DNA of 64,000 bases, from NCBI RefSeq assembly GCF_031769215.1, contig NW_026782064.1:1736001-1800000 (forward strand), read 5' to 3'. A program made the position numbers and the translations under genes. Below, in pieces: positions 1 to 12,813 of this stretch. Numbering within the stretch: the stretch's first letter is position 1; each line of letters starts with the position of its first letter. Under the pieces are notes generated by a model, which saw only the letters and a program-made list of their open reading frames with translations, did no database searches and was not told the DNA's origin. Source of the stretch: Ylistrum balloti (lineage: Eukaryota).

Positions 1-2109
1 AACACTAATCAGCACAATACTCAGAATTATTTCGCATTTAACAATTGATCACATTTTGCACTCCGTAAACTATCGACCAGAACGGAAATTCCGTAATTGT
101 ATATAGTGATTGTATCTGTATGTGATCCTAAATATATATCTACCACTGTATTTATGTGTAGGACATTGATAATGCATTTCAGAAAACACCCACCTGGTTT
201 CTAAACTTTCTTACAGTTTTACGATAGCTACGGACTGGGTATAATTGGTGTACCAATACTTTAATGCACCTTTGAAATGTCAATTTGTTCTGTATTATTT
301 TTGAACAATTACAAAATGTATTTTTCTATTGAAGTTTACTTTATTTTCTTGGTCATGCTTGAGAAGTAAACGAGAGTGCATATCTAAAAATGATATATGT
401 TAAACATGTACAATCAGAGTTTGGTGTCCTTATTAGTTAGTCTGACGTTTTTAGAGCGACACAACAATTCAATAACGTCATGTTTTGCCTGCCCCTGCTG
501 TGCGAAGTACTTGTGGTACGGGCACGAAAAATCAACCGCTGATGTTTTGTCGCAGTAGTTAGCTCTGAATACATTTACATGATGTCACTCCTCGAGAGAC
601 TTTTGACGTAATTATGAAGTACATCAACATGTTTGTTTATTTTGATTAAGTTTGATTTCTTGATACTTGAAATATCAGATAGAGTGTGCTTTAAACCTTT
701 TGTTTAACTTAAATAACAGAAAATACATAATGAAGTCAAGAATTGATCCTACCGTTTTCACAAGTCTTATGTAAACATACTTCCACCTTAATTCCCCTGC
801 CATTCGTTTCTTATATGTTATCGCTACTAAACCATATGCTTTTCACTTAACCATAAGCCTTTAAAATTAAAAAAAAAAGACAAAAAAGTTGGTGTATTAA
901 GGCATAAATTTTGAAACATCAAAAATGAAAATCGACCTTGGCTTCCACTTTAATGAACCGAAGACTGAAATTAGGTATAAAGAACCTTTTCTTAGTTGAG
1001 AGCCAAGAGACCTGTTGAGTCAGTTAAATGTCTTCAAACCTGTTTACCGCAAAGTGATTAAAATCACCTTTGATTATAGTATACGTTTTCTGTCAAAATT
1101 TTACAAAAGTCTGCGTGTTGTTTTGATTAAAAGATATTTGGAGACAGTTTGACAGGGGCGAATCTATAAGAAGGTTCCAACGCGTGGTGAAAGTAAAGGT
1201 GGACGTACTAGTACGAGGAGGCCGCCTGCAGATTGTTTGTTCTGAGTCAATATTTTGTACAACGTCACAAAAATTGGTCCCGTTTTAATTGGTTCTGTAA
1301 ACACCACACGTGCGTTGAGCATAATGCAATTTACGTACAAGGGAGTAGCGGAATTTGTGAGGATCATTCCATCGGTATAAATTAAACAGGAGAAAACAAG
1401 TTCAAGTGCAAAGTCTGTCAACTAAAACAATTCTTGAAAGGACGGATGTTGGGTCTTAACAGGTAGTATCTGCATTTTCATGCTACAAGCTATGTCCGTT
1501 ATCAAACAAGGTAATACCAAAGCCATTACATTGTAAATTTCACATAAATTATTTGCTTAACGATAAAGGTTTCCGTCACAATTAACCCATTGATTTTACA
1601 TATATCGAACGCAAATATAGGTAAAGGTGTGTTTACCTGTGTACCTACCGACGACACAGTCGATCGGCAGTCGTCCAGATAGCCAGTGACTGATGATCAT
1701 ATATTGACTCTCGCGTAACACAGATAGTACATTAATGCCAGGCCGGAAGGACAATGTAGACACGGCAGACAGATAACACGGACAAAACTCATCTTCATGT
1801 ACAGCGTTGGGGATTCATAAAGCCAAGGAATAGAAAAACAAAACCTATTGCATACAGTCTATTTATCTTCTAATGGATTAGCGAATGCATACTGATAATT
1901 CCGTCGGTTTTATGTAGCATTACAGAATTTACTGTGAACCCTTTTTGAATGAAAATTTGCAATGTTACTTGGATGACTAAGAAAACTATTTGAGATATAC
2001 TATTTGAGCTGGAAACAATACCATAGGTGAAAGGTTGTGCAAAAGTTTTGTAATCTAGATTACAATTTCGTGTCTTGTCCTGCAACCTCGATAGGAAAAA
2101 CAACAGGCG

Positions 2110-5100
2110 ATGAAGGAGGGGGATGTGGACCGATACATCAGGGAAAGCAGCAAGAGCTACAGTGGCTGCCGGGTAAAGAACTCCGCACGTAGGAACTCTC
2201 TTCAGAAGAAGACGATGGGGATAGAAACTGAGAGAAAGATGGCAGCAGCAAATCTCGGAAGGGAGGAGAAACAATTACGAGAACAGCTGAGGCACATGCA
2301 GATCGACAAGATGAAGAACAGTATTGTACACAATATGAGAGGTAAGAACATTCAGTGGAGAATAATGAGTACTGTACCATTGAAAAATATTCGTATTCAC
2401 TGGGTATGAGGTTTTGTTGTTGTCCTTTATTTTACGTGGTGTACGTTGTTAACAACAAAATATCCATACATTCTGAAGTGAAGTGATTGTAAATAAAAAG
2501 TCCATTATCAGGAATTTGTTACCATGTCACACCAGCAAAACGGCTCTTGTTTTGGTTTCCTTGTAAATGTAACTTAATCCACTTTTAAGTGTAGTTTTTT
2601 TTTATTTCTTTTTATCGGAACTTGCTATATAATCTTGCATTATCATAATAAGTCACCATATTTCCTTATAGATATTTTGTACTTATGCCTAATGGCAGAT
2701 ATAATTAACATTATGAAGTTGCATTTTACTGTAAATAAACAGATGTTATGGTATACTACGACTTCGTTGTATCCACGTATAAGAATTAAATATTTCCATT
2801 TTGTCATTTAATGCAATACATAAATTATACTATATTTCGTGGCGAGAAACTCATCCTTGGTTCTTGCTGTATATATGATTCAAGAGAAACATAAAAAATA
2901 TTTCTTTAGTGTGAATGTTATCATTGTAATCGAATTTACATTAGTTCCATTTCATTTGTCTGGCAGATTTACCTATGTTCTTCTAAGCATATAAATTATG
3001 GTCTGCATGTCTTCTTTGTCAGGGTATTATACAAGGTTACAACACTCTCTCCCAATTACCTAGTATTACGTAATCATCCATATGAGCACTGCTATCGAAA
3101 ATAGGAAATATTTGTGTTTAGCACTCAACCTTTCTGATATCACATATTGACAAGGTAATAAGCATAGCTATAACTAAGGTCAATCATTTCAGTTAATAAG
3201 TACATCACTACACTTCTGGTCCTCCTTAGCTTGTTTGTCATTCATTATATCGTGTTTGTGAATAAGACTAGGAGCTATTGACGTTAAAATGCAAACACTT
3301 GAGGAGGGAACATGTTTCTTCCTAAACAGGTATAATCAGATTTCTTCCGGGTAACGTCATTTTGACATGTTTTGCGAACAGTAAATTTACTTTTGGTTTA
3401 CAATTTCTTACTTTTTGCCTCCCTTCCCACCTCTACGTTAGATATTTTATATCTATAATCTTTTACTATTATGTAAATCTTCTATAAATCGCTGACATCA
3501 GTGAAAACAAGATTCGTAATGCAATCACCTTCCATGTCTACTGACTGTGTCACATGTGTTCACGCTGTCAACACACATCATGCAGGTACACATGTAGGGT
3601 ATGTTTAAACTTACAGAGAGGAAATGTATGGAAATATTACTTCTACCTATTAGGCAAACAGATATTGTATATTCATATTGTAATTTATGCATGTTTTAGG
3701 ACGTTACACAAACCTTTAAGTTATCTATTGAACTAGAATTGATTATCAGCTGATAACATGTTATGTAAATGCACATCAACTCTGGGAGTAACATAAGTAA
3801 TGCTAAATAATTACAGTAAAATCACAGAGAGATGCGTATTTTTTAAAATGCAGACTTTGCTGTAATTTTGTTCGTGTGAGCACTTCAGGACCGATGGGTT
3901 CATGTACAAGAAAACAGAACACTAGAGTTATACTATATCCGACAAGCAATAAACTTATCTACACAACTATGCTTGAAACTAAATTGTTCCATTATACATC
4001 TGACCGTGTTATGTGATCTCTTGTTGCATTTGCTAGTTTTTGAAATGAATCTATAATTTTCACTGAACAAATCTTTCGTTTTCCTGCCCGATAGTCTCTG
4101 TAGTATATGGCTTTAGTGGTACTTTAAATCACAGCAACATCCTGCAATTAAACGGGATACACTAACATGAACACATTTCAAATTATTCATTACATATTTT
4201 CAAAATCCTTTTTGGAAACATTTTTTTGCGACAAAACAGGAAACTTACAAGTACATGTAGTATAATAACATACTCCTGTGAATAGGCACCGAATTTCACA
4301 ATAAAGTTGTCTGAGCGAATTCAACAACCCTTTAATTAATAAAATAAGTTAAGTGAAGCAATAAATGCGGAAATAAGTGATAAATAGAGGCATGTTTTGA
4401 AGATTGTTACATGTTTAACGCACGACATCAATGCAGTCGAATATCAAAGGTATTTCACGACAAAGTTGTTGAGAAATTATCTTATTAGTGTAATATTTCA
4501 CGTAGACCTGTTGAAGCAAGAATTGCAAACATGAAGAATCGGTATTGAAATGTTTACCCAACAGCGATACAATAACACCACCTTATCAGGGCTGCCTGAC
4601 TTGGCTATTTCACAGCATTAACTTCATTACATCTATCACAATGTTACAATGTTATGTAACAGGGTGTTGGTAAATCAAACATTTAGTTATAAGTTAATAC
4701 CGTAATGTTCCAGACGATTACACTGACTTATGTTAGGTCGAGTAATAATCTCGATTTATAAAATAACTATGATTGTTGTAAAAACCAAAACCGATGGTGA
4801 ATTGACTTTTAGTTGTTTTTAACACTTTTACAGGTTTACATTTCTTGTTTTTGTATTCACTAAACTTATTGGTTTTATCGACATCCGTATACGTTGCTAT
4901 AGGAGACAGTTTAGAAATGTATGCCTTCAGATGATCATTCTCTTTAATAGATTTTTAAAGAAAAATCGACTTTGTCATATTTAACAATATTTTGTGTTAC
5001 ACCTCAGTTAAATTGTAGTTGAAATCATCAGGCTCGGACGCGGTGAAAAGATAAACTATTTGTAGTATCCCGAAGAAAAACCTAGCTCAAGTATCATTAC

Positions 5101-8071
5101 GTGAGCTCCTTTAAAGAAACTGATACCTTTATGATAACCATCATTCTCGATGATAATTCATTAACCACTCCTTCCCTCTGAAAATTCATGAATAAGTTAA
5201 TTTACATATTCTCGTTCCCGTAGAAAATTCATTTTAGATGAGATTATTTATTTTATGTACCATTTGTTATTTACCACATTTTATATTTGTTTGTTTTATA
5301 GATAGTACATACCAGAACCTAAAACCACATATGAATACCGATTCAGTATTAGATACTGTCGATACAAAGTTGTAAAACTACACCACACAGCTATTTTGTC
5401 CTTCCAGAGCCTAATTTGTGGAATCTACGTGACGACTGAGGAAAATCAATATTGGCTGAAATTAATCTCAAAAACAATATTGGGAGGTGCTCAAACCCCA
5501 AAATAAATTAAAAAAAGAAACCCATTAAGTGATTTCTGACCTGATCCAGTGTCTGCCTTTAATCTCAAAGATTACATACACCAAAAGATACAAAATTTAG
5601 AATTAGAGTAGAACCAAATAATGAATTAAACTGCATCATACACATGAGATGACATATAATTTTAAAAGACATATATTTAATATATAATTGTCCTCAACTT
5701 GAAGTAAGTGGATAAAATCATTTCTTTTGTCAGAAAAGGTAAAGAAGGGGAACAGTACCTATATCGAGGAGGAGGAAGAAGAACTACGTCATATACCGAC
5801 CGAACCATGGCCGGTAACATTATCAGAGAGCCCTCGAGGGTCACCACGTCTCGGTAGATCCGGCTCGAGTCTAACTCAGGCTGGCAAGTATTAAAACACT
5901 ATATCAGAGGATTTTACTGTGAAATGATGATTTAATGTTTAAAAGACTCTTCTTGGAATGCGAAATATGTCAAATCAGTTACGTGTAACCTATACAAATA
6001 ATTTTCATTCTTTCTTGTTAAAGTTTGTATAAAATTCCTCGAATTTGTATTTTGAGTCACTTTCTTAACTCACTGGCTTTTGTTTTTGTGAACTAGATAT
6101 ATCATAATAGATAACCTTTCACCTCAGTCTAATACTACAAGATGTGTATTGTAATATTATCGTGTGTCCGACCCATTTTTACCACTAAATAAGGACAGAC
6201 AACACTGTATACTGGTACATGGACGTTGGTTTCAGATTAAGTTTATATGAACACATTTGATCAAATCGTTTAAAAGTGTGCTGGGTTACCAAACGGCTAA
6301 GGGATAAAACACCTGCTTAAAAGATCAGGGTGGGCACAGTATGTGGCACAGATAGGTCGTTGATATAGATTAGATAGATATAGCACTCCCATAGAGTTAG
6401 GCATATCGTGGTAAAATTCCAAGTGTTTACGGGTCTGATGACGTCCCTTCACAACAATAAGGCACTGGCAATTTAAAGGTGTATCTCTTCCCTACTTGAG
6501 TCAGTGTTTGTTTTCCTAGTGATAAATTCAGCTTATCACATACTTAACGTTGTACCCCAAACCTCTTCTCTTTCTATATCAATATTTATGTCCTTCTCTA
6601 AAGCTAGGGATTCAACGTGGCTGGTGTTTTGATCTTTAAGTTATAACCGTATTGACCATAACTTAATGAATTGTTTCATGGATGGTTTTTGTAAAAGGAA
6701 TAATTTAGCAAAATTATGACTTTTAAAATGAAAAGTGGTGGCCATTTAAATAAATAAAACATGAAAATACCAACATGGCAACAAAATCATAATTCAGACT
6801 CAAATTCCATAAAACTAGGGTAAAATATTAACAAAAGAAAGATTTACACGGAGACACCTAAAACAAGGAGAGGAATAGTCAGGTGTTCCGGATGAGTTGG
6901 CGTTTTCTGCTTCATCGACAACACCTGCCATGTAAGAAATGTCACATTCCCAAATGTAAACAACGGAACCAATAGGCAAACTAACGAGCATAAAATACGT
7001 CTAGTTTCATTTCAAACAAAGAAATAAACTCGATCTTTTTTGTGATTCCCTCCTCCGTATATTAATTCTTTGATTTGGACGTTTTTACGAAATACGCTTC
7101 AGTATAGTTCACAACCATATATTTATACCGCCGTATTGGAGGATGGAGGAGAAAGCTCAGAACCACAGAACGAATGCGTTCCTTTAGTGTAGAATTTGAT
7201 ATGTTGGTGTACAGTGTGGAAAAATCAAAAGTTCACATAAAAGAAATGTTGTACCTGCAGGTTCGACAGTTTCCATCATGTTTTGTAGAAATCATTCTAT
7301 TATATATCAAAGGAATATTATTCTATTATTATTTTAAGAAGTAACGCTATGTACGGGTATTTCGACAAGGTAAAACCCGTATGATATGAAGCCTATTTCC
7401 ATACTGACCATTACAACGCATTAGGAACGATCATGTATATTGATGTAATGGTTTTAAGGCTCAACTTGAGTACCATATCGTGAATCTTACTCTAAGTGAC
7501 AGATAAATTAGTCTTTTATTTAGAGAAAAGAATGTAAGGTTTACGATATGTTCATATAATATATATATATTTTTTTTCGTTTTGTTGCAGAAGTAAAATT
7601 TCCAACTTTTGTCACGGTAATTTTTTTATGTTAACATGTAAACTAGTAACCTATGTCGGAATAAATGTATAGATTTATTTCATTCAAGGTATGGTCCATG
7701 CCAATAGAAGAGGCCGTCGAATGTCACACGAATTCGAAGACCTTGAGATGAACACGAAGACGGGCAAGTTACGCGAAGCACCAAATATGGCCAAAAGTTT
7801 AATGGCGCGACGGAATCTGTATCGGCCCGCGTCAGGATCTCTGTCTCCTGAAAGAAGAAATACAAGCAGTCGCGAGAATCGGGATAGCTCTGATACGTCT
7901 TCTTCGTCTGCTGTGTCATCCTTGGAAGACCTTCACTGGATTGGAAATCCCGCGGCTACTAAATCTGTTCGGCGTGCTCGAAAAACTGTCGAGGAACAGG
8001 AATTAACATCAGAACTTCACAAACTCGCAAAATCAAGTTCTAAGAAAAAGAAGCCAAAGAAAAACTCCTGA
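2110..8071 (+). CDS. 3-exon gene of unknown function, 254 aa; join(2110..2341,5734..5883,7689..8071). Predicted N-terminal coiled coil, Glu run, Arg/Ser/Lys-rich C-terminus
   Basis: Donor AGAG|gtaag at 2341/2342. Acceptor tttcttttgtcag|AAAAG at 5733/5734. GC donor GCTG|gcaagt at 5883/5884. Acceptor ttcattcaag|GTATG at 7688/7689. All junctions are phase 1, and exon lengths 232+150+383=765 nt give one open frame joining track ORFs 2110 and 7691. Confidence 0.8.
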
Positions 8072-11000
8072 TGGATGTGCCAATCGAATGAGTAACTAGT
8101 GTGATATTTAATCTCAGAAAAGAGTGTCACAGTAACAGTTAATGATTTATTACTAATTATCAATATGAATCGATTCATTTTGTCTTGTTTAACATGATTC
8201 ACGTTGTGTTGTACGTGTTGTAAGCTAGATATATTTTCATGTTAAGAACTCCAAACCGTCCATTTTGTAAATACTCTAATGTAGTTGAAGATCAATTTGT
8301 GTTGTGTTCAAGTTGTACTTTTTGTCATTTCCACACATTGTACATGGTCACAGTGGTTTGAATTCCTGAAAAAAAAATGACAATCTTATGCAAAATTTTC
8401 ATCTTGTAAACACAAACCTGTGGTATGAAATCCTCGAATTGATTGATTGATCAACTCTCATTTTATGTAAGCGAATCGATCCTGGTACAAACTTATTGTC
8501 CTTAACAATATGACATAACAAACATGTACGTTATACATCCCATTTATTTTCAAGGTCAGATTGAAGATCATAATTTTATAAAGTAAAAACAATTCAGGTC
8601 GTATTATAGACACAAGTTTGGTACATTTGGTACATTGACTTGACACAATTTGAAATAATAAACAACTGAATGATTGCAAAAGTATATTATATGATTCATA
8701 CATGGCATGTATAAAATCATTTTGTATGGTGCATCCATGGTAAGTTTATAAATACCATTTTATATACTGGAAACGTACGATTAAAACAGACACGTATGAA
8801 TTGAGTTTAAATGAGATATTAAAATAGGAAAGAGATAAATATTCCTAGTCACTTCTTCTGGTCTTCTGGACACCTTCATAAACGTATCAATACGTGTAAT
8901 ATGATATCTTCCCCCTCTGTGACATGTTATAACATTATTGACTCCGTGTTATCATAAAGAAGTAGTGTTCACGAAAAGAAAAACGGAACGATTGATTGGC
9001 GTCTGACAAGTATCAGGCATACACAAGAGGTACATCACAGCTGATGGAACATTTTTTCTGATGCATGATTAACACTAGTTACCAGTAAACGAGCCTCCAC
9101 GTATATATTCTTTAAAATGGCTATTTCATAATCATCGCTGTTAATGTAATGATTACGAGTCTTAATCAATCTATTCACTATCGTTATAATGAATCATCAA
9201 TGGTATTTCGTCATTAAATTATGCAACGTAATGATGATATGATATTTTAGAGACTGCACATATCAATGGCGTTTAGCTGGGTTGATATCTGGGCTATACC
9301 ACACAGAATAACTTTTCTAAATTTGTTTCTTTTGGTATAATATATAGTATTTACTATTATCAAATTTTCATATTACTAATAAACAAGGCCAAAAAATGAA
9401 ATACCCCCCCCCCCCCCCCCCTTGAAACGTTTGTTGAATCGTGATGAACCGATAAAAGCAAAAACTTACTTCCTTTATCCCGTGTATTTTTACAACACTA
9501 ACCATTCAGGGTAAAGTCTTTTGTTTTTTTTAATGTAGGAGATGTTTGAATGTCATCATATAAAACGACAAAACAACGATATTTTCAAAATTTGATATCT
9601 TATTGGGGTGTTCGCGCGCATAGGTTCCAACTTTCCTCGATAGCCACTATTACACCGGTATCGTTTGACCAACGGCCAATAATTAAAGAAGTACATGTGA
9701 TATAGCTGAAAATGTTCATGACATGTTTCTTTAAAGTTTACACAATATTAATTGAAATCATCGACAAGTATTCAGATTAAAACAGCATATGGTTTGTATT
9801 CCAGTACTGTTTAGGTGAATCAACTAGAGACAATGTAAATTACTGAATATCATTAATATAACGTCAAACAGGAAGTTATAAATACAAATGAAAATGCGTG
9901 TTAACACTAGCGATATGAAACAAAAAAACAACAAACACAACAACAGCAACAACAAACCCCCAACAAAAAAAGTTTGGCAAGAGTACCTGTATTAGGTAGG
10001 TAATGGGCTCTTATTTCTCTACATGGTTTTATTTATTATTAGTATCAAATGTTTCTTTTGGAACACTTGCTTAACGATCTTAAATTTAAATTGAGTTTAA
10101 TCATGTTTAATGGCTCCATCTACAAGTATGCATTGTGTATATCCTATTGGTACGAATTCTAAGGATTGAGACTCCACCAGTGGAAGCTTTGGGTTAAAAT
10201 GATATTTCAAGATAAACTTTTATACCCTGATAGAGCGGTGAAACTCTACTTATACAGGTAATGATATTTACATACAAATATGGACATTGCAACATATTGT
10301 TATAAGCAGTAGTTAGTAACGGTAGTTAGTCCGACCTTGTGATTTATCTCCCACCCGAGGTAAACCTCTGATGGGCTATCGTGTCACTATCCTCCGATCA
10401 AAGTATACACAATAACTAGCCACAAGCAATAATATCTTTGTGAATTCTAGTGTGTGGTTTAATTGGTCACTTACCTGATTAGACCCTTTCCTTTCATCAT
10501 TGTGTGTCACTGGTATATTTTGTAAAATCATTTCTATTTAGTAATTTTATTCTTTAATTATCAATTGAAACACACTTTCATTATGACATCATGCGTCGAC
10601 ACATGATGTTGCCTGGTGATTAAATGACGAAATAGATATAAATATGGTGTTTTACCATACAATAACATAAATGCTATCACAGAATCTGAAAACCAGTGTT
10701 GTAATGTTACTAAGGTCAGGATTTAAACGAAGTAATTAGATGCATTAGTAGAGTGTTGTTAAAAGGTTTGATGAAGTGTAAGTTTAATTGTAGAAATCAA
10801 ACATTATAGATTTACTTACATTCATAATAAGTTTATTGGTAGTTAACCATTGCTTATCATCAATGCTTCCGAGAAATGATCTAGTAATGGAGATTGACCA
10901 CAGTTCAATAGCATCATGAACTCATTGCACTGCCATATAGCGGAAGGTCAACATCTGGTCAGATATGTTGGAAGCATTTATAGACATACAATATTTTCTT

Positions 11001-11270
11001 ATCATTGATATATATCGCGTATTTCATGTCAACTCGGAACTACGGTAAACACTGCTGTATTAGAGAGAATTTAAAAAAAACGATTAAATTTTAATAAATT
11101 GTTAAGATAAGACAACTTTAGCAACTGCCATATAAAATAGAAGAAAACAAAGAGTTGATCTCAAATATCATAAAAACCAAAGATGTTTCAGACGTATTAA
11201 TTCAAGTCAACCTAAGGTTCACGTATAATATATAAGGTAAAGTCTTAGCCGTGTTATATATGTGAAACAG

Positions 11271-11526
11271 GGTATTCTGTATCAGACTACAAATCTACCT
11301 AATTTCTGTATAGGTTGCATTCGACTTAACACGTATTAGGTTTCCTGTATAAGGCTTACTTCTAGCAGGAGCAGGTATTCTGTATGACAACGCATACAAC
11401 CTTAACTCTAACAAAAAGCACAGGTATTCTGTATAACACCGCATACAACCTTAAACTGTAACAAAAAGCACTGGTATTCTGTATAAGGCTGAATCCAAAC
11501 TTAATTCTAACACAGATCACAGGTAT
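11271..11526. repeat. Degenerate ~49-50 bp tandem repeat (caggtattctgtata...caaccttaa...aacaaaaagca), about 5 units
   Basis: The caggtattctgta core recurs at ~11372, 11421, 11471 and 11520, with weaker copies upstream. Confidence 0.8.
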
Positions 11527-11809
11527 AATGAGTGCGGTATGATGTGGCAATTACTCTTTAACTTTATCTTACATTGCTATTTTCGTTTTAAAATGATGTT
11601 GCAATTATTATACTTTTCGGACACGTTCTTAAATATGCCTTATTTTGTTTTCATATAAATACGACGACAATGTCAACTTAAATTAAATACTCAAATATAT
11701 AAGAATATATATATATATATAGTGAAAATATCAAAAGCTCAGTGTCCGCTAAGTATATATATATATATATATAAATGATTTTTGACAAAAGAAGAAAGAC
11801 GTTACATTT

Positions 11810-11847
11810 TGCACTAGCGCTTTCACTGTATTAGATCTTCAGGTGCA
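11810..11847 (-). ncRNA. Minimal type-I hammerhead ribozyme (inverted pLTR copy)
   Basis: Exact reverse complement of the motif at 12427..12464. Confidence 0.75.
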
Positions 11848-12426
11848 TAGTAACTGTACATAATGGTGTGGCGTCACAACATGTTATCTCTTTTCTCGAC
11901 AAGAAACATCAGAAACAAAGTTACCGGAAGTCAATACTTGTCGAGAAAAGAGATGTGGAACGTGTCAACATATCATAACAGGGAATTCCTTACAATTAAA
12001 AAGTGGAAAGAAGTGGGAAGTTAAAAGCAGTATGAACTGTAAATCAAAAAACGTGATTTACTTAATCCTTTGTCCAAAATGTGGAAGTTTCTATATAGGA
12101 CAAACAGAAAACCTCCGCAAACGCGTAACATTACATCGCGAACAAATATTCCACGAAAGATATAGACATCTACCAATCAGCCGACACATAGCAGGATGCA
12201 ACGACGGCTTTTTCCAAATATTCCCCCTGTATACTTTTTCATCTGAAACCAATCGAATACAAAGAGAAGCCAAGGAGTCAGAAATTATAAACATTTTAAA
12301 ACCAGACTTGAATATTAATGTTTAACCGCATTGTAAAGTTTGCAAAATATAATTATGCCCCTTTTATATTATGACGTCATCAACAGATAACATGTTGTGA
12401 CAACACACCATTATGTACAGTTACTA

Positions 12427-12464
12427 TGCACCTGAAGATCTAATACAGTGAAAGCGCTAGTGCA
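12427..12464 (+). ncRNA. Minimal type-I hammerhead ribozyme in the PLE pLTR
   Basis: UGCAC-CUGAAGA-UCUAAUACAGU-GAAA-GCGC-U-A-GUGCA. Stem I is UGCAC/GUGCA, both core boxes are present, stem II is very short, stem III is the palindrome AGCGCU, and predicted cleavage is after CUA at 12459. This is the known architecture of PLE-associated minimal hammerheads. Confidence 0.8.
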
Positions 12465-12500
12465 AAATGTAACGTCTTTCTTCTTTTGTCAAAAATCATT

Positions 12501-12506
12501 TTTATT
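12501..12506 (-). terminator. Candidate polyadenylation signal (AATAAA) for the ankyrin-cGLR gene
   Basis: tttatt on the + strand at 12501..12506, about 310 nt past the distal stop and at the PLE boundary. Confidence 0.35.
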
Positions 12507-12813
12507 TATAATTTACTCGCATCTCGTCAAATCAAGTTTTTTCTATATACAGATTGTATATATATATATATAAGTTACATACACGCCTATGGTCAGGTTA
12601 TAATTAATTTATAAACATATTTTGCTAGAATTTTCTTCCAACGATTTCTCTTTTTGAAAATTTTCATGTCGATGTCATTTGAGCATCCCGCGGTATACAA
12701 TTGGAAAGTTAATTAACAGCGAGGTCTTATGTCAGAATATATATATTGAAATACCATTTCTTACTTCGTAATTTTTTAAATATACCAACGTTAATAACTT
12801 CAGACAGAAAATT

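Larger units (their letters stand above)
11773..12501 (+). mobile_element. 5'-truncated Penelope-like retroelement (PLE): GIY-YIG endonuclease fragment between inverted 117-bp pseudo-LTR copies
   Basis: Open frame 11903..12325 reads ...TCREKRCGTCQHI...MNCKSKNVIYLILCPKCGSFYIGQTENLRKRVTLHR..., the Cys-rich linker plus GIY-YIG motifs typical of PLEs. 11773..11889 is the reverse complement of 12385..12501 with 2 mismatches. (TA)n runs lie on both sides. Confidence 0.88.

Noticed and set aside
1164-1421. 85-aa minus-strand ORF in a slightly GC-richer patch
   Set aside because: TTG start, no recognisable motif, and no neighbouring exon could be joined in phase.
6860-7290. Segments resembling common bivalve interspersed repeats (also ~17390..17580)
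   Set aside because: Recognised only by general impression; boundaries and class cannot be supported without a library search.
9404-9421. C18 homopolymer
   Set aside because: Simple run within a probable repeat remnant, with no supporting structure.
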